Below are positions 1-11,557 of a stretch of 64,000 nucleotides of DNA, piece by piece. The position numbers and the translations under genes are program-made. Numbering within the stretch: the stretch's first letter is position 1; every line of letters begins with the position of its first letter. Source of the DNA: Williopsis jadinii (lineage: Eukaryota); contig AP024666.1 of NCBI GenBank assembly GCA_024346625.1, positions 1,054,001 through 1,118,000 of the forward strand. Reading direction: 5' to 3'. The notes beneath the pieces are model-generated. The model saw only the letters and a list, made by a program, of their open reading frames with translations, did not search any database and had not been told where the DNA came from.

Positions 1-783
1 TGTCTTGTGGTCCAAGAACAGCTTGGAGAAGAGACACACGTTACGACACCAAGTTCTTTGTTTACGTCCGTCAATTTCGAAAAAGGAAATGTAATCATCT
101 CTGTAGATTTCATTCCCTGGAGGATGCCTTAGTGTACACTTCTTTCTGAACCTCTCAAACTGTTTCTTCGAGCCGAAGTACTGCAGAGTGAAATCGTCTA
201 TATAAATGGTATCCTCCTCTGTGAGTTCAACAGGGTATGGAGAAAAATACCAGGGTTCGATCTCATGGTTACCCATGATCACCTTTGACAAGTTTCTCAC
301 TTTAGCAACTTCAGAATGATTCTGGATCATCGAACCCGATGTTCTAAGCTTTTCTATCTCATCTTCTCTGGAAACGTCATCCGACTTCAAACCTTGCACA
401 TTCAAGTCGTCCAAGTCCATAACGTCCTCACCAGAGTGAGCCGTCGGCGTAGCACTAGCCTGTTTCTTTTGTTGCTTCTTTGTCTGCTTCTTAACAACAG
501 TCTTCTTAACATCCTTCTTTGGCTGCTCAGGTTTAGGAAAAGTCACCGCTTTCTCAAGATTGAGTCTCTCCATAGGGACCCACTCATCCAGACGTTTATT
601 GAAGTCCACATAGTGGATGAAGTATTCATTCTTCCCCTTTCTCGTTCTTGTGTGTAAGAGTTCACCTTTCCTCTCCTCACCGTCTTTTTCTACCCAACAT
701 TTACACCCTGTGATGAGCTCATCAACCTTGACGATCTTGCATTCTCCTTCCGCTTCTTTAGGATCTGTCGAATCACCACTCAT
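1..783 (-). CDS. ESA1: NuA4 histone acetyltransferase catalytic subunit (MYST family), 5' part; runs off the window start
   Basis: Absent from the ORF track because its stop lies outside the window. Manual translation from the ATG at 783 gives a chromodomain (EYFIHYVDFNKRLDEWV) and MYST motifs (EIEPWYFSPYP, CTLRHPPGNEIYRD, FFEIDGRKQRTWCRNVCLFSKLFLDHKT). Confidence 0.95.
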   Translation of the reverse strand, partial: MSGDSTDPKEAEGECKIVKVDELITGCKCWVEKDGEERKGELLHTRTRKGKNEYFIHYVDFNKRLDEWVPMERLNLEKAVTFPKPEQPKKDVKKTVVKKQTKKQQKKQASATPTAHSGEDVMDLDDLNVQGLKSDDVSREDEIEKLRTSGSMIQNHSEVAKVRNLSKVIMGNHEIEPWYFSPYPVELTEEDTIYIDDFTLQYFGSKKQFERFRKKCTLRHPPGNEIYRDDYISFFEIDGRKQRTWCRNVCLFSKLFLDHKT

Positions 784-897
784 TTCTCAAGCCGCCCTGG
801 TTTATTATGGTGGTTTGTCTTGTTCAACTTTGCCGCCAACATGGGAAGTTGTATACCTTTTCGTTTACTTTGGAAAGAGAGAAGTGGCCAAAACTTT

Positions 898-960
898 ACA
901 CCCAGACACCCAGACACCCAGACATCAAAACATCCAGACATCAAAACACCCGAACATCAA
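898..960. repeat. Degenerate 8-bp tandem repeat (cccagaca / tcaaaaca variants) in the ESA1-COX5 divergent promoter
   Basis: Reads directly as cccagaca cccagaca cccagaca tcaaaaca tccagaca tcaaaaca cccgaaca. Confidence 0.7.
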
Positions 961-1269
961 TTCAAACGCCGTAAAGTTGTGTGGTGGCCTTTAACAACTT
1001 CTGGTTGGAGCAGCAGTTTTTGGTTTCAGCGAATGAAATTCCGTCAGTTTCATAGGCCAAAATTTTCTTTTTTTCTCTTTGACCGCCAATGTTCGCGAGG
1101 GAAAGAAGTGGTCTTTTTTTTCCCCTACGCACTATTTGTGTAGATTTTGGAGTGGGTTGTTAAAAAAAAACCAGACAATTTCTCTTTCCTGTCTACCAAA
1201 ACATCCACATCAGTTTAACATCCTCTTTTTTGGTTAAAACAGGAACGTCAACACACAAAGATTTCAGAT

Positions 1270-1725
1270 ATGCTCCGTTCAATTGCTGCTAGAAACTTGG
1301 CCAGAGCCGCTCCAGTTAGATTTGCATCTACTCATCCAGTCTCCAGAGCCGCCATCTCTGAGCTCGAGTCCAGATGGGAGGAACTTCCAGCTGCTGACCA
1401 ACAAGAGATTGTGTCTCAACTTGCCGAGAGACAAAAGCTCCCATGGGCTGAGCTCACTGAGGCTGAGAAGAAGGCTGCTTGGTACATCTCCTACGGTGCT
1501 TGGGGTCCACGTCGTCCAGTCCACCCAAAGGGTGAATCTGGTAAGATTGCCGGTGGTGTCTTCCTCGGTTTGTTCATCTCCCTCAGTATCTTCTTCGCCC
1601 TCAGAGCTAACGCTCCAGCTCCACCAAAGACCATGAACCGTGAGTGGCAAGAGGCTTCTGACGAGTACTTGAAGTCCAAGAACGCTAACCCATGGTCTAA
1701 CTACTCCCAAGTTCAAAGTAACTAA
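1270..1725 (+). CDS. COX5: Cytochrome c oxidase subunit V (COX4 family)
   Basis: Arg-rich mitochondrial presequence; LAERQKLPWAELT..EKKAAWYISYGAWGPR; one TM helix; TMNREWQEASDEYLKSKNANP. Strong codon bias. Confidence 0.96.
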   Translation: MLRSIAARNLARAAPVRFASTHPVSRAAISELESRWEELPAADQQEIVSQLAERQKLPWAELTEAEKKAAWYISYGAWGPRRPVHPKGESGKIAGGVFLGLFISLSIFFALRANAPAPPKTMNREWQEASDEYLKSKNANPWSNYSQVQSN

Positions 1726-2395
1726 ACTCACAATTGTTGAATCGATTGTTTGCCTAGGAGAGGGGAGTAAGTTAATATTCATGTAGCGGGGGAGGAATGA
1801 AGAAGGTGTAAAGTGTACCGTTTATTGAAGATGAGCAGAGGAACGTGTACCAGATGGAGAGCGGGGCCATTTCAGTTATAAACACAAAATTTTTTAGTGA
1901 GATTGTAAGAAGGGATCGAAGCCTTGATTCCCTTCTTAAATCTTTTTAAATCAAATTCAGATACAAGTTCCATTACTATTTATTGAGGATTTTTTTACCA
2001 TGTTGTTAAAGGGAGCCAGTTGAAGATTTATCCTATTTGTCTTTGAGTGTTTGAAGGATTGGAATTCAGCTCCAATTTCTTCGAAACTATTGTTTTTTTC
2101 TCATATTGCATCACTAGAGGATTTTTACTCTTAAGGTTCTCTTTATATACTGTGTTTAAGACACTCGAGTCGAATTTGATACTCATCTATTGGTTCCATT
2201 ATCGTAGCATCGTTTAACGTGATCCTTTTGTAAACTTCGCAGTGGCCTATGATGACATGGCTATTTGCACGATTTGTGGTTCGATCAATTTTATTTTTGG
2301 TAGGAGACACATCGAAGCGCGAGGCTACAGACCAGTGTACACTACACAGCTTGAATATTGACTAAGAGTTTATTGATCCCGACACAGTTACCTGT

Positions 2396-3457
2396 TCAGT
2401 TATTTGTGACGAGTACTATTGATCTCTTTAGTCCTGCATTGACCTTGTTAACTACGAATTGGATAGGCATTCCCTGTAGTTGTCTCTTTGTGAGGTAGTT
2501 TTCAAATTCAACCAGACTACCACCAACTCCAAAGTAGATATCCTTAGCTGCCACAATTCCCAGGGCCTTTGCATTTGACACGAACTCAATGACAAGTTCT
2601 GAGATCACTGGTAAGGTCTCTCGTGAGTATATCGTTTCAGAGGTGATAACCAATCCAGTTTGATGGTTGTCTGAATTGACAAGTTCAAGGAATGAGCGAC
2701 TCCATGCACCACTGATGAGTCGTATACTGATCGCTTTTTCTTGTAAAGTACTGTAGAACTGATCCAACAGTTTCTGCGTCAATTGCAGTTCATCCGGTAC
2801 TATTGGAATCGTCTCATCTTCACTTCTTTGTAGTTTAATGAGCTGTTCAGGTTCCAAAGTTGATGCCCAGGTCACAATAAGATTTGGCAAGGTGACTAAC
2901 CTCAAGACGGATTCGTTGTAATCTGCAAGGACGAAACCCAAGTTGTTGTGATTTGATCTCAGTGCTCTGTTGAAAAGATAAGTACTTGGTAATGCAGTAC
3001 CACAACCCAACTCGACAATTCTATCCTTGAACAGGGTCTCATCCTGCATTGAACACAGGTAATCCACTGTATCTACTGAGCACTCCCATGATTTCAAACC
3101 ACCTTCATAAACGTTCTTCACCAAGTCTGTGGCATTTGTTCCAATGAGGATCTTGTGCTCATCGGTTACTTCAGCATCAGTCGAGTTGTCATCTTCCATC
3201 ATGACCTGGTGCTTCACATCAAACAGCTCACGTCTGAAAACAGCATTTCCCTCAGGTGTGACATATGTCTCGAAAGTGACTCTTGTGGATTTCAAAGAGT
3301 TCAACGCTTCTTTCAAATCAACTTCTTTCGCTGGATACACATTAGACGGTACACAATCAAGTGGATTTATAAAGTTATCCTCTTGCTTTGGAGCTGGATC
3401 TGCAACACTTGTGTATTCATCGTCACTATCACCAGTGAAACCAAAAGAAAATGACAT
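2396..3457 (-). CDS. HPM1: Histidine protein methyltransferase (Rpl3 His methylase)
   Basis: MSFSFGF start; VYEGGLKSWECS; SAM motif ELGCGTALP; ITSETIY; AAKDIYFGVGG. Next to COX5, as COX5B/HPM1 are in S. cerevisiae. Confidence 0.92.
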   Translation of the reverse strand: MSFSFGFTGDSDDEYTSVADPAPKQEDNFINPLDCVPSNVYPAKEVDLKEALNSLKSTRVTFETYVTPEGNAVFRRELFDVKHQVMMEDDNSTDAEVTDEHKILIGTNATDLVKNVYEGGLKSWECSVDTVDYLCSMQDETLFKDRIVELGCGTALPSTYLFNRALRSNHNNLGFVLADYNESVLRLVTLPNLIVTWASTLEPEQLIKLQRSEDETIPIVPDELQLTQKLLDQFYSTLQEKAISIRLISGAWSRSFLELVNSDNHQTGLVITSETIYSRETLPVISELVIEFVSNAKALGIVAAKDIYFGVGGSLVEFENYLTKRQLQGMPIQFVVNKVNAGLKRSIVLVTNN

Positions 3458-5184
3458 GGTATCTAAAGAACAATGTCTGGATAAGTGTGTGCTTCAAGTA
3501 TACACTCCTACGATCTCTCCAGTCGATGATGGCCTTCAAATGGTCATCGCATCATGGACAAAAAAAATGTTTGCGCAAATGTTCTAATTAGGCAATAGGC
3601 AAATTTTCGGTTTCACAAAAAAAAAAGATTTGCGAAAACTCATTTGCGTTACAAAGTTACCATAAACTTAAAGATTGGCTTTTTACCTGTAGAACTTGTC
3701 TTGTCAGGCCATTTCAGCACAGAGTCACAGACCCGCGCGATACACACAAACAACACGGGCAAAGACAAAAAAGAGGCAAAAAAACAAACACCCTCTCCCC
3801 GAATGATGTTCATGCACATTAGGGAAGGCAAAAAAAAACGGGAAGAAGTTAAGCGGAGCCTTCGGGATCCTACGCGGGTTCCACAGTCCTAAACACGAAA
3901 CAACCATCTTGAATCTTGATTGGGAATTCCATACTTGGGTCAATTATAACATAACATACAGTATACTGAAAGATATTTACTCAGTTTTTTGCTTTCCTGG
4001 CTGGAACTCATTTACGTAGCCCTGATTAAAGCGCAAAGTACAAGAATAATAAATACAGGCACGAAAATTTTTTGATGCGTTCATTGGGCAGTGGGCTGTG
4101 CAGCCTGTATGAGTGGGCCTTGTCTGCATTGTTCCGTTGAGTTTGGTGCCATTTTTAATTTGTTTTCGCGCACTTTTAGGATGAGGTAAGTCACAAAAAA
4201 AAAAACACACGCAATGTCACACACACAAACGCACATTTTCGTATGTGTTTGAGCCTCTCTTCAGTTGCAGGGGAAATGGAAAAGAATCTGGAGAGAGTCG
4301 CATACACAGTAAAATCTTATGACCCAGGTGGGAAGCGTGGACCTATTGAACCGTTTAAAATTGATTTCTGAAGAGAACTTACAAGCTCAATTCCGGCTTA
4401 GGATGTGAACTATGAGTGAGGTGTATATAACAGAATTGTCAGACTCCCAGAAAGTAGCGAATTGTGCAGCACATACTCGATACGTATGGCAGTTGGTTTG
4501 AGCTTCCGCTTGCAGTTTTCGCCGCCGCGTCTTGTGACACAATTTCGCTGAGTATCACGCCAAAAAAAGACCACCAAGTCGACATGGGTGGCAACTAACC
4601 GGAGTAATCGAAACATTTATGTTTTCTTGTCCCGTTTGCAAACTCTACATGCCAAATAACAAGGTATTTCTATGTGTTGCGCTTGGATGTTATACTGAGA
4701 CAAGAGCTTCTAAAGTTATAGACCATTTCCTAAAGCCACTTCTAGCGCTGTGAAACTTACGCCGTTTCACTTTAAACGCACGTACATACCGCACACTTCA
4801 TCGCACAGATGTTGCTGGTGCTGAGGTCCGCTATGTAGATTCTAGTTGTACAAGTTGTCATACAGCCTCTAGAAGAACAAAGGTTATATTATTAGTTATT
4901 ATTAAAGATATATGGCAGCTGTGGATGTGGCAAAGCAGTTCAAAATATAATAAAGAGCCAATTCTAACCACTTGAGCTCTGAGTTCGCAGGAACCCAGAA
5001 CTCGTCACGTATAAAAAATAGAGGGCCATCAACAAGGGAAAAAATACTAAAAAACAGATTGGTTTGACAAAGTGACATCATTTGAATATTGTTATGATAC
5101 GGATTTGCAATACCAATGATAGCAAGGAGCATTCATTCATTTCAACACCCCCGAAGAGACGCCATCACAAGTCGCGTTTGAAGT

Positions 5185-5454
5185 CTAGTTGATTGAAGAA
5201 ACAATAGATTTCAACTTGGCAGTGAACTTCTTGAAGATGCTCTTCTTCTCCTCAGTAGAGGCACCAGAGGCCTCCTTCTTAGCATCCTCAGCGGCCTTGA
5301 CAACCTCATCCTTAGCCTCAGTAGCGTCGTTGACGGCTTCGTCACCAGCAGTCTTAGCCTGGTCAACAACCTCGTCAACCTTCTTCTCAACGGCGTCAAC
5401 AGTTGGTTGGACGGTCTCCTCGACCTTGTTCTCGATGTTCTCAGCAGTAGACAT
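5185..5454 (-). CDS. Small (89 aa) hydrophilin/LEA-like protein of unknown function
   Basis: ATG in good context (acaataacaATG); strongly biased codons (AAG, GAG, GTT/GTC, GCT/GCC); A/E/K/D/V-rich; TATAAAT about 100 bp upstream (5551-5557, minus strand). Confidence 0.8.
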   Translation of the reverse strand: MSTAENIENKVEETVQPTVDAVEKKVDEVVDQAKTAGDEAVNDATEAKDEVVKAAEDAKKEASGASTEEKKSIFKKFTAKLKSIVSSIN

Positions 5455-6759
5455 TGTTATTGTATGTGATTAGTGTTTTTGTATGTAATTACAATGGAGG
5501 GGGAAAGGAAAGGAAAAAGGAAAAGGGAAGGGGAAGAGGCCATGCCAGGATTTATAAAATGAGCGGATCCAATCCAATTTATACCTGACTCTATTCCTTC
5601 CTGCCAAATTTAGCGCGGTCAGGTTCCTCGATGAGCTGCAAAGTATCAAAAGAGGAAAGTGCAGTTGTGTTGTTGCCTTGGTTTCCGAACAACACCACCT
5701 TGCAGGATGAAAAAAAGTTTCGCATTTTCAGGTCAAATTGGGTAAATTTGCGAAAGGCTTGTGCGAAAAACGATCACACACAAAAGACCCACTCGGGCGC
5801 AATGATTATAGCCACACCAGGGTCGCGAGACTTGGGCCAACTCTGTCGGTTTGAACGTGATTTGGAGGGAAGCCGGCATTGTGCGTACAAGCCACCTTTC
5901 AAAACCTGAGTTGTGGAGGCAGGGTTTCTATTGCTGTGAAGGTGTACATCTCGCCAAAGCTCTAGTTGGTAGATTGTACACCTTTCGCGAGGTTAGGCTT
6001 GATATATACGTATTGCGGACTTAAGAAGGCACTGTACAGTGTGACTGATGGGAATTTTGCACCCAAAGCGATGATTTTCACCCGTTAGTGCACTTGGCTT
6101 GAGTACGCCGAAATGTAGGTAATGTTCGGTATGCTTTACCCGCTAACTTCCACAATATTCCTGAGCGGAGGGTTATAATCACCCTTCCAAGGGGGCGCAA
6201 GGGCGATTCCAGCGACGTATTAGTAGTGTTTAGGTAAGTATTCCAGACATTTGGAAGGCTTCTTATTTCTTTAGTTGTTCACCATCATTGCGTTGGACCT
6301 GTTATTGTAATACCGACGGTATTTGTAGAGTTCTATACGCGTTCCAATGGTTATCCGAACAGTGTTATCCATTCGGTGTCTCTGGAAATGATCAGGTTGC
6401 ACATCAGACTCTGATGGTTTGCAACGTTACACCTCAACCTTCAGTTAACAATTGAGACTCCATGGCTTCTTTCCTAGCCGGAGCGTCCTTTGTTTGTCTT
6501 TGCTGTGTATAACCTTTGATAACCGAGGGTGCGAGAATAAAACAGTTCCGGGAGTCGATACCGTTTCACCAACTAGCGCGAAATCCACAAAGTTTTGATC
6601 AACGATGAATGGAGGTTGGACAAGCAGCGGGAACAGATTATACGGACTTCAAGCATAGAAACGGTGTATCCCCTATACATTTGACGAGGGTTAATCAGAT
6701 ACAATCATAACTAGAATTTTAGAGAGACTGAGCGTTGTCTGAATAAGTTTAACTCCACC

Positions 6760-8010
6760 ATGTATCAACAACAACGTCCAGTGTTTATGGAGAACTCCAA
6801 TTCTCAACAGAGAGCCAGCCAGCAACAGATGAACAACACGCAATTGGGAATGAATGGATATCAGCAACAGCAGCAGAGCCAACAGGGTCAACAGTCCCAG
6901 CAGTTGAACCAACAGCACTTTCCTTCATTTGGTCAGATTCCTCCTCAAGGAGCACAGGCTCAGCTATTAAGTGGCGTTCTTCCACAACAGCAATCCCAAC
7001 AACCTCAGCAGCAAGGGCCACCTGGTATTCAAAACCCACCAAATCTACAACCGCATCCATCTGCGATTCAAGGGCCAAGAGCGCTGGACGATGAAAAAGT
7101 TTACAAGTGGATTGTGGAACTTTCGTATGGGCCTAACCGTGAGGAGGCCTTGTTGGAATTGGGCAAACAGAGAGAACAGTATGAAGATTTACCTCTAGTG
7201 TTATGGAACTCATTTGGTGTTATGACCTCCTTACTCGATGAGATTATTAGTGTTTATCCCTTGTTATCTCCACCAAACCTATCTTCAAGTGCATCCAATA
7301 GGGTATGTAACGCGTTGGCTCTTTTACAATGCGTTGCTGCTCACCCGGAGACAAGAACGTTCTTTTTGAATGCCAACATTCCACTTTTCTTGTATCCATT
7401 CCTCAACACAAACTCCAAGCAGAGAACGTTTGAATACTTGAGGTTGACGAGCTTGGGTGTTATTGGTGCCTTGGTTAAGAACGACACCCCCGAGGTTATC
7501 TCGTTTCTCTTGACTACTGAAATAATACCATTATGCTTAAGAATCATGGAGTCTTCTGCGGAACTGAGCAAGACAGTTGCAATTTTCATAGTGCAAAAGA
7601 TACTCACAGACGATAACGGTCTTTCATACGTCTGCCAAACGTATGAGAGATTTGCAGCGGTTGCATCTGTTTTGAAGACCATGGTTGAACATTTGGTTAC
7701 AAACCAGGCTTCGAGACTCTTAAAACACGTTGTCAGATGCTACTTGAGATTGAGTGACAACGTTGATGCAAGAAAGGCGTTGGTGGCTTGCCTACCGGAA
7801 TCCCTAAAGGATGGAACCTTTGTTGCAGTCTTGAAAGAGGACCAAGCTACAAAGAAGTGTCTGACACAGCTATTGTTCAACCTCGGAGACTACGAGACTC
7901 AACAGCAACAGATTTCTCAACTACAACAAAAGCAGCAGCAGCAACAACCTAATGCTAATCAATTAAATCCACTCCTTGCACAGCAATTCTCAATGAAGCA
8001 AAATCTATAG
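6760..8010 (+). CDS. CAF40: CCR4-NOT subunit Caf40/Rcd1/CNOT9 with Q-rich termini
   Basis: [78 protein letters not shown]. Confidence 0.97.
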   Translation: MYQQQRPVFMENSNSQQRASQQQMNNTQLGMNGYQQQQQSQQGQQSQQLNQQHFPSFGQIPPQGAQAQLLSGVLPQQQSQQPQQQGPPGIQNPPNLQPHPSAIQGPRALDDEKVYKWIVELSYGPNREEALLELGKQREQYEDLPLVLWNSFGVMTSLLDEIISVYPLLSPPNLSSSASNRVCNALALLQCVAAHPETRTFFLNANIPLFLYPFLNTNSKQRTFEYLRLTSLGVIGALVKNDTPEVISFLLTTEIIPLCLRIMESSAELSKTVAIFIVQKILTDDNGLSYVCQTYERFAAVASVLKTMVEHLVTNQASRLLKHVVRCYLRLSDNVDARKALVACLPESLKDGTFVAVLKEDQATKKCLTQLLFNLGDYETQQQQISQLQQKQQQQQPNANQLNPLLAQQFSMKQNL

Positions 8011-8484
8011 TCGGCTGTAATATAAATGTACTTGTCAAGTAACTTTTATCGTATATGAAGAGTCTCGTAACTATGGTTACGGGGTGCACTCTGCAAATTT
8101 CAACTGTTTCGAATTCCGGGTGAGAAAAATACAACTTCAACCTCGGAATTTCCATTCCCCTTTTTGTGTTTTTTTTTCTGGCCAACGCGATCGAAACAGC
8201 GAACGAATTCGTTGTTAAAAAGTGGTGAAATTCAAAACTCTTTAAAGCAAAATCAAACAAAACAAACCAAACTTCGAGGCTTCACCCCAAAACACCGGAA
8301 AGAACCCACCGAATTGACCAATCATCTACGTCAGCTCTGATTCAGTTTGGAATATTCAGACGAAAACGCTGGTGGGAAAATACGTAGGTAGAACCTTTTC
8401 CTGAGAATTGTGTCCGTTTGTCTGTTTGTATTTGATCCCCTTAATTGAAGTTGAGAGTGAAGTTGAAAGTGAGCTTTAGAACCA

Positions 8485-11196
8485 ATGTCTACCCATTCCT
8501 ACAAGAAGTTCGAGGACACGGACGCTGGCCTATTGCCAGATAAGATGACAGTGTTCCAAGACTGTATCCGTGCCTTCAACAGCTCTCCTGTTGATGCTAA
8601 GAAGTGCCGTACCCTTATTGCACGCTTGTTGAGATTGTTGTATTCAGGTGACACTTTCCCGAGACAAGAGGCTACGACTCTTTTCTTCTCGATCTCCAAG
8701 CTGTTCCAACACAAGAATTCATCGTTGAGACAGATTGTCTACTTGGCTATCAAGGAATTGAGCTCGATCTCCGACGATGTTCTGATGGTTACTTCCTCCA
8801 TTATGAAGGACGTCCAGAATGGTGATATTGTTTACAAGCCAAACGCCATTAGAACATTGACCAGGGTCCTCGATGGCTCCACTGTTAATGCTGCCGAAAG
8901 ACTGATCAAGAACGCTATTGTTGATAGACATCCTTCAGTTGCTTCCGCTGCCTTGGTTAGTTCCTATCACCTTTTGCCTGTCGCTAAGGATGTTGTCAAG
9001 AGATGGACCAACGAGACCCAAGAAGCTGTCCTTGCTGTTAAGCCATACCCACAGACAGGTGAAGGCTATATCAACGACTCTTTGATTTCTCAATACCATG
9101 CTCTGGGATTGTTATATTCCTTGAGAAACCATGATAAGATGGCCTTGAGAAAGTTGATCCAACAATACTCAAAGGGGTTGAGAAACCCATTGGCCATTTG
9201 CCAATTGATTCGTTATGTCAATGAAGTTTTACAAGATGATTCTTCTTTGATTCCAGCCCTTTTCCCATTGTTACAAGATTGGCTAAACGACAGAAATCAT
9301 GCTGTTAACTTGGAAGCAATCAAAGTTGTTGTTTCTCTTCCAGTTACAAACGAACAATTTGCTGCTGCTGTTCTTAGATTGCAATTCTTACTCACAACAC
9401 CAAAGGCTGTGACAAGATTTGCTGCTGTCAGAATTTTGAACAGAATCTCCTTGAAGAACCCAGAGAAGATTGTCTCCTGTAACACTGAGTTGGAGTCGTT
9501 GATCAGTGATCCAAATAGATCTATTGCCACTTATACAATCACCACACTGCTTAAGACAGGATCTTCTGATAACATTGAGAGACTTATTAAGGTAATTTCC
9601 AAGTTCATCAATGATATCTCTGATGAGTTCAAGATCATCATCATCGATGCAGTCAAAACCTTGTCTTTGAAATTCCCACAGAATTATCAATCAATGCTCA
9701 CCTTTTTGATTGATATGCTGAACGATGAAGGTGGATTTGAATTCAAGAACACCATTGTGGAAGCACTCTTTGATCTGATCCACTTTGTTCCAGAGTCTCG
9801 TGATTTGGCTTTGGAGAACTTGTGTGAATTCATTGAAGATTGTGAATTTACAGAGCTCACTGTGAGAATCTTGAACATGTTGGGTAACGAAGGTCCAAAG
9901 ACCGCTAATCCATCTCTATACGTTAGACATATCTACAACAGAGTTGTCCTTGAGAACTCCATCATCAGATCTGCAGCCGTGGTTGCATTGTCTAAGTTTG
10001 CTCTGATTGATGCACCATTGAACAATTCTATCAAGATTTTGCTGAAAAGAATTGTCAATGACGTGGATGATGAAGTTAGAGACCGTGCTATCATCTCGCT
10101 GAAGTTCCTTGAGAGTTTGGAATCTGCTGAGATCTCCAAGAACGTTGCTGTTGAATTGACCAAACCAACACATGTTTACGACCTGGGTCTCTTGGAATCT
10201 AAGTTGCAAACATATATCTCTGGTGATGCCTCCAGCTTTGCAACTCCATTCGACATCACATCTGTTCCAAAGTTCACTGAGGATGAATACAGGGCTATTG
10301 AACTGAAGAACAAGACTGCCAAGCTGGAAGTTGAAACAAAGGAGGACATTGATACTAGTGGACAATCTGGTTCTGCCAATGAGGGTCTACAAACCGCAGA
10401 GCTTGCTAAACAACAAATCTTACAGGAGCTCTCCCAAGTTTCTGAATTTTCCGGTTACGGAGCTGTTCTACATACATCATCTGTCATTCCTCTTACCGAG
10501 AAAGAGGCTGAATTTGTTGTGGAGTCTGTCAAGCATGTTTTCAAGGAACACATTGTCTTGCAGTTTAACGTTGAGAACACCTTGGATGACGCATTGTTAG
10601 AGATGGTATCCGTTGCAGCACAGCCTGATGTCGAGGAAGTAGAGGAGGAGTTCGTCTTGTCAGTAGAGAAGCTGGAACCACATGGTAAGGGAACTGTTTA
10701 CGTCTCCTTCACTAGACCAGAAGAACCAAGTGTATTCACCACTACGTTCTCAAATACCTTATCGTTCACTTCCAAGGAGTGCGATCCATCCACCTTTGTT
10801 CCATTCGATGATCAAGGATTTGAAGATGAATACCAGATTGAAGATTTGGATATCACTCCAGGTGATTTCATTATCCCATCTTATATCGGTAACTTTGATC
10901 TTGCCTTTGATGAGCTCACGTCTGAAACTGTGGGAACATACCAGATGGATTCTGAATCTCTCCAAAGCACAGTTGATCATCTGATTGAGACTCTGTCCTT
11001 GCACCCAGTTGAAGGTAAGGATGTCTTCAATGAGACAAGTCATACTTTGAAATTGTTTGGTAAGAGTATCAACGGTGACAGAGTTGCCGTGCTTGTAAAG
11101 ATGGTGAAGAGTGCTAAGACTGGTATCACATTGAAGGCTACTGTGAAGTCTGATTCCGAGGATATTGCCGAGTCTGTATTGAACGGCATAGCGTGA
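8485..11196 (+). CDS. SEC21: Coatomer gamma subunit (gamma-COP)
   Basis: 903 aa; EATTLFFSISKLFQH, NRSIATYTITTLLKTG, LCEFIEDCEF, YVRHIYNRVVLENSIIRSAAV; appendage domain. Follows CAF40, as in S. cerevisiae. Confidence 0.97.
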   Translation: MSTHSYKKFEDTDAGLLPDKMTVFQDCIRAFNSSPVDAKKCRTLIARLLRLLYSGDTFPRQEATTLFFSISKLFQHKNSSLRQIVYLAIKELSSISDDVLMVTSSIMKDVQNGDIVYKPNAIRTLTRVLDGSTVNAAERLIKNAIVDRHPSVASAALVSSYHLLPVAKDVVKRWTNETQEAVLAVKPYPQTGEGYINDSLISQYHALGLLYSLRNHDKMALRKLIQQYSKGLRNPLAICQLIRYVNEVLQDDSSLIPALFPLLQDWLNDRNHAVNLEAIKVVVSLPVTNEQFAAAVLRLQFLLTTPKAVTRFAAVRILNRISLKNPEKIVSCNTELESLISDPNRSIATYTITTLLKTGSSDNIERLIKVISKFINDISDEFKIIIIDAVKTLSLKFPQNYQSMLTFLIDMLNDEGGFEFKNTIVEALFDLIHFVPESRDLALENLCEFIEDCEFTELTVRILNMLGNEGPKTANPSLYVRHIYNRVVLENSIIRSAAVVALSKFALIDAPLNNSIKILLKRIVNDVDDEVRDRAIISLKFLESLESAEISKNVAVELTKPTHVYDLGLLESKLQTYISGDASSFATPFDITSVPKFTEDEYRAIELKNKTAKLEVETKEDIDTSGQSGSANEGLQTAELAKQQILQELSQVSEFSGYGAVLHTSSVIPLTEKEAEFVVESVKHVFKEHIVLQFNVENTLDDALLEMVSVAAQPDVEEVEEEFVLSVEKLEPHGKGTVYVSFTRPEEPSVFTTTFSNTLSFTSKECDPSTFVPFDDQGFEDEYQIEDLDITPGDFIIPSYIGNFDLAFDELTSETVGTYQMDSESLQSTVDHLIETLSLHPVEGKDVFNETSHTLKLFGKSINGDRVAVLVKMVKSAKTGITLKATVKSDSEDIAESVLNGIA

Positions 11197-11557
11197 TGCT
11201 TCTCGCTGTTTTTTTGTCTTTGTAAGAGTTTAAAGTAATAGTATACAAGAGCATGTTCAATCACTACTGTAGAGCTTATAAATTGGTAGAACAGGAACAG
11301 AATTTTCATTCAAATCATTATATCATCACTTCAAACATTGTATATGTATACTCAAAAAAAATAGTCCAGGTCAACAGACTGGCTTTACAAATTCATAACA
11401 GAGAATCAAGAATGTATACTATCAACTTGTTTAATTTCAAGTTGATCAACCTCCAGAAAGCGGGAGGAATAGGTTATTGTCACATGAGGTTCATCACAGA
11501 GCACTAAAACAAAAACAAACAAGGAAAAACACAATCGTTAAGAGGGGGGTTAGTTCA

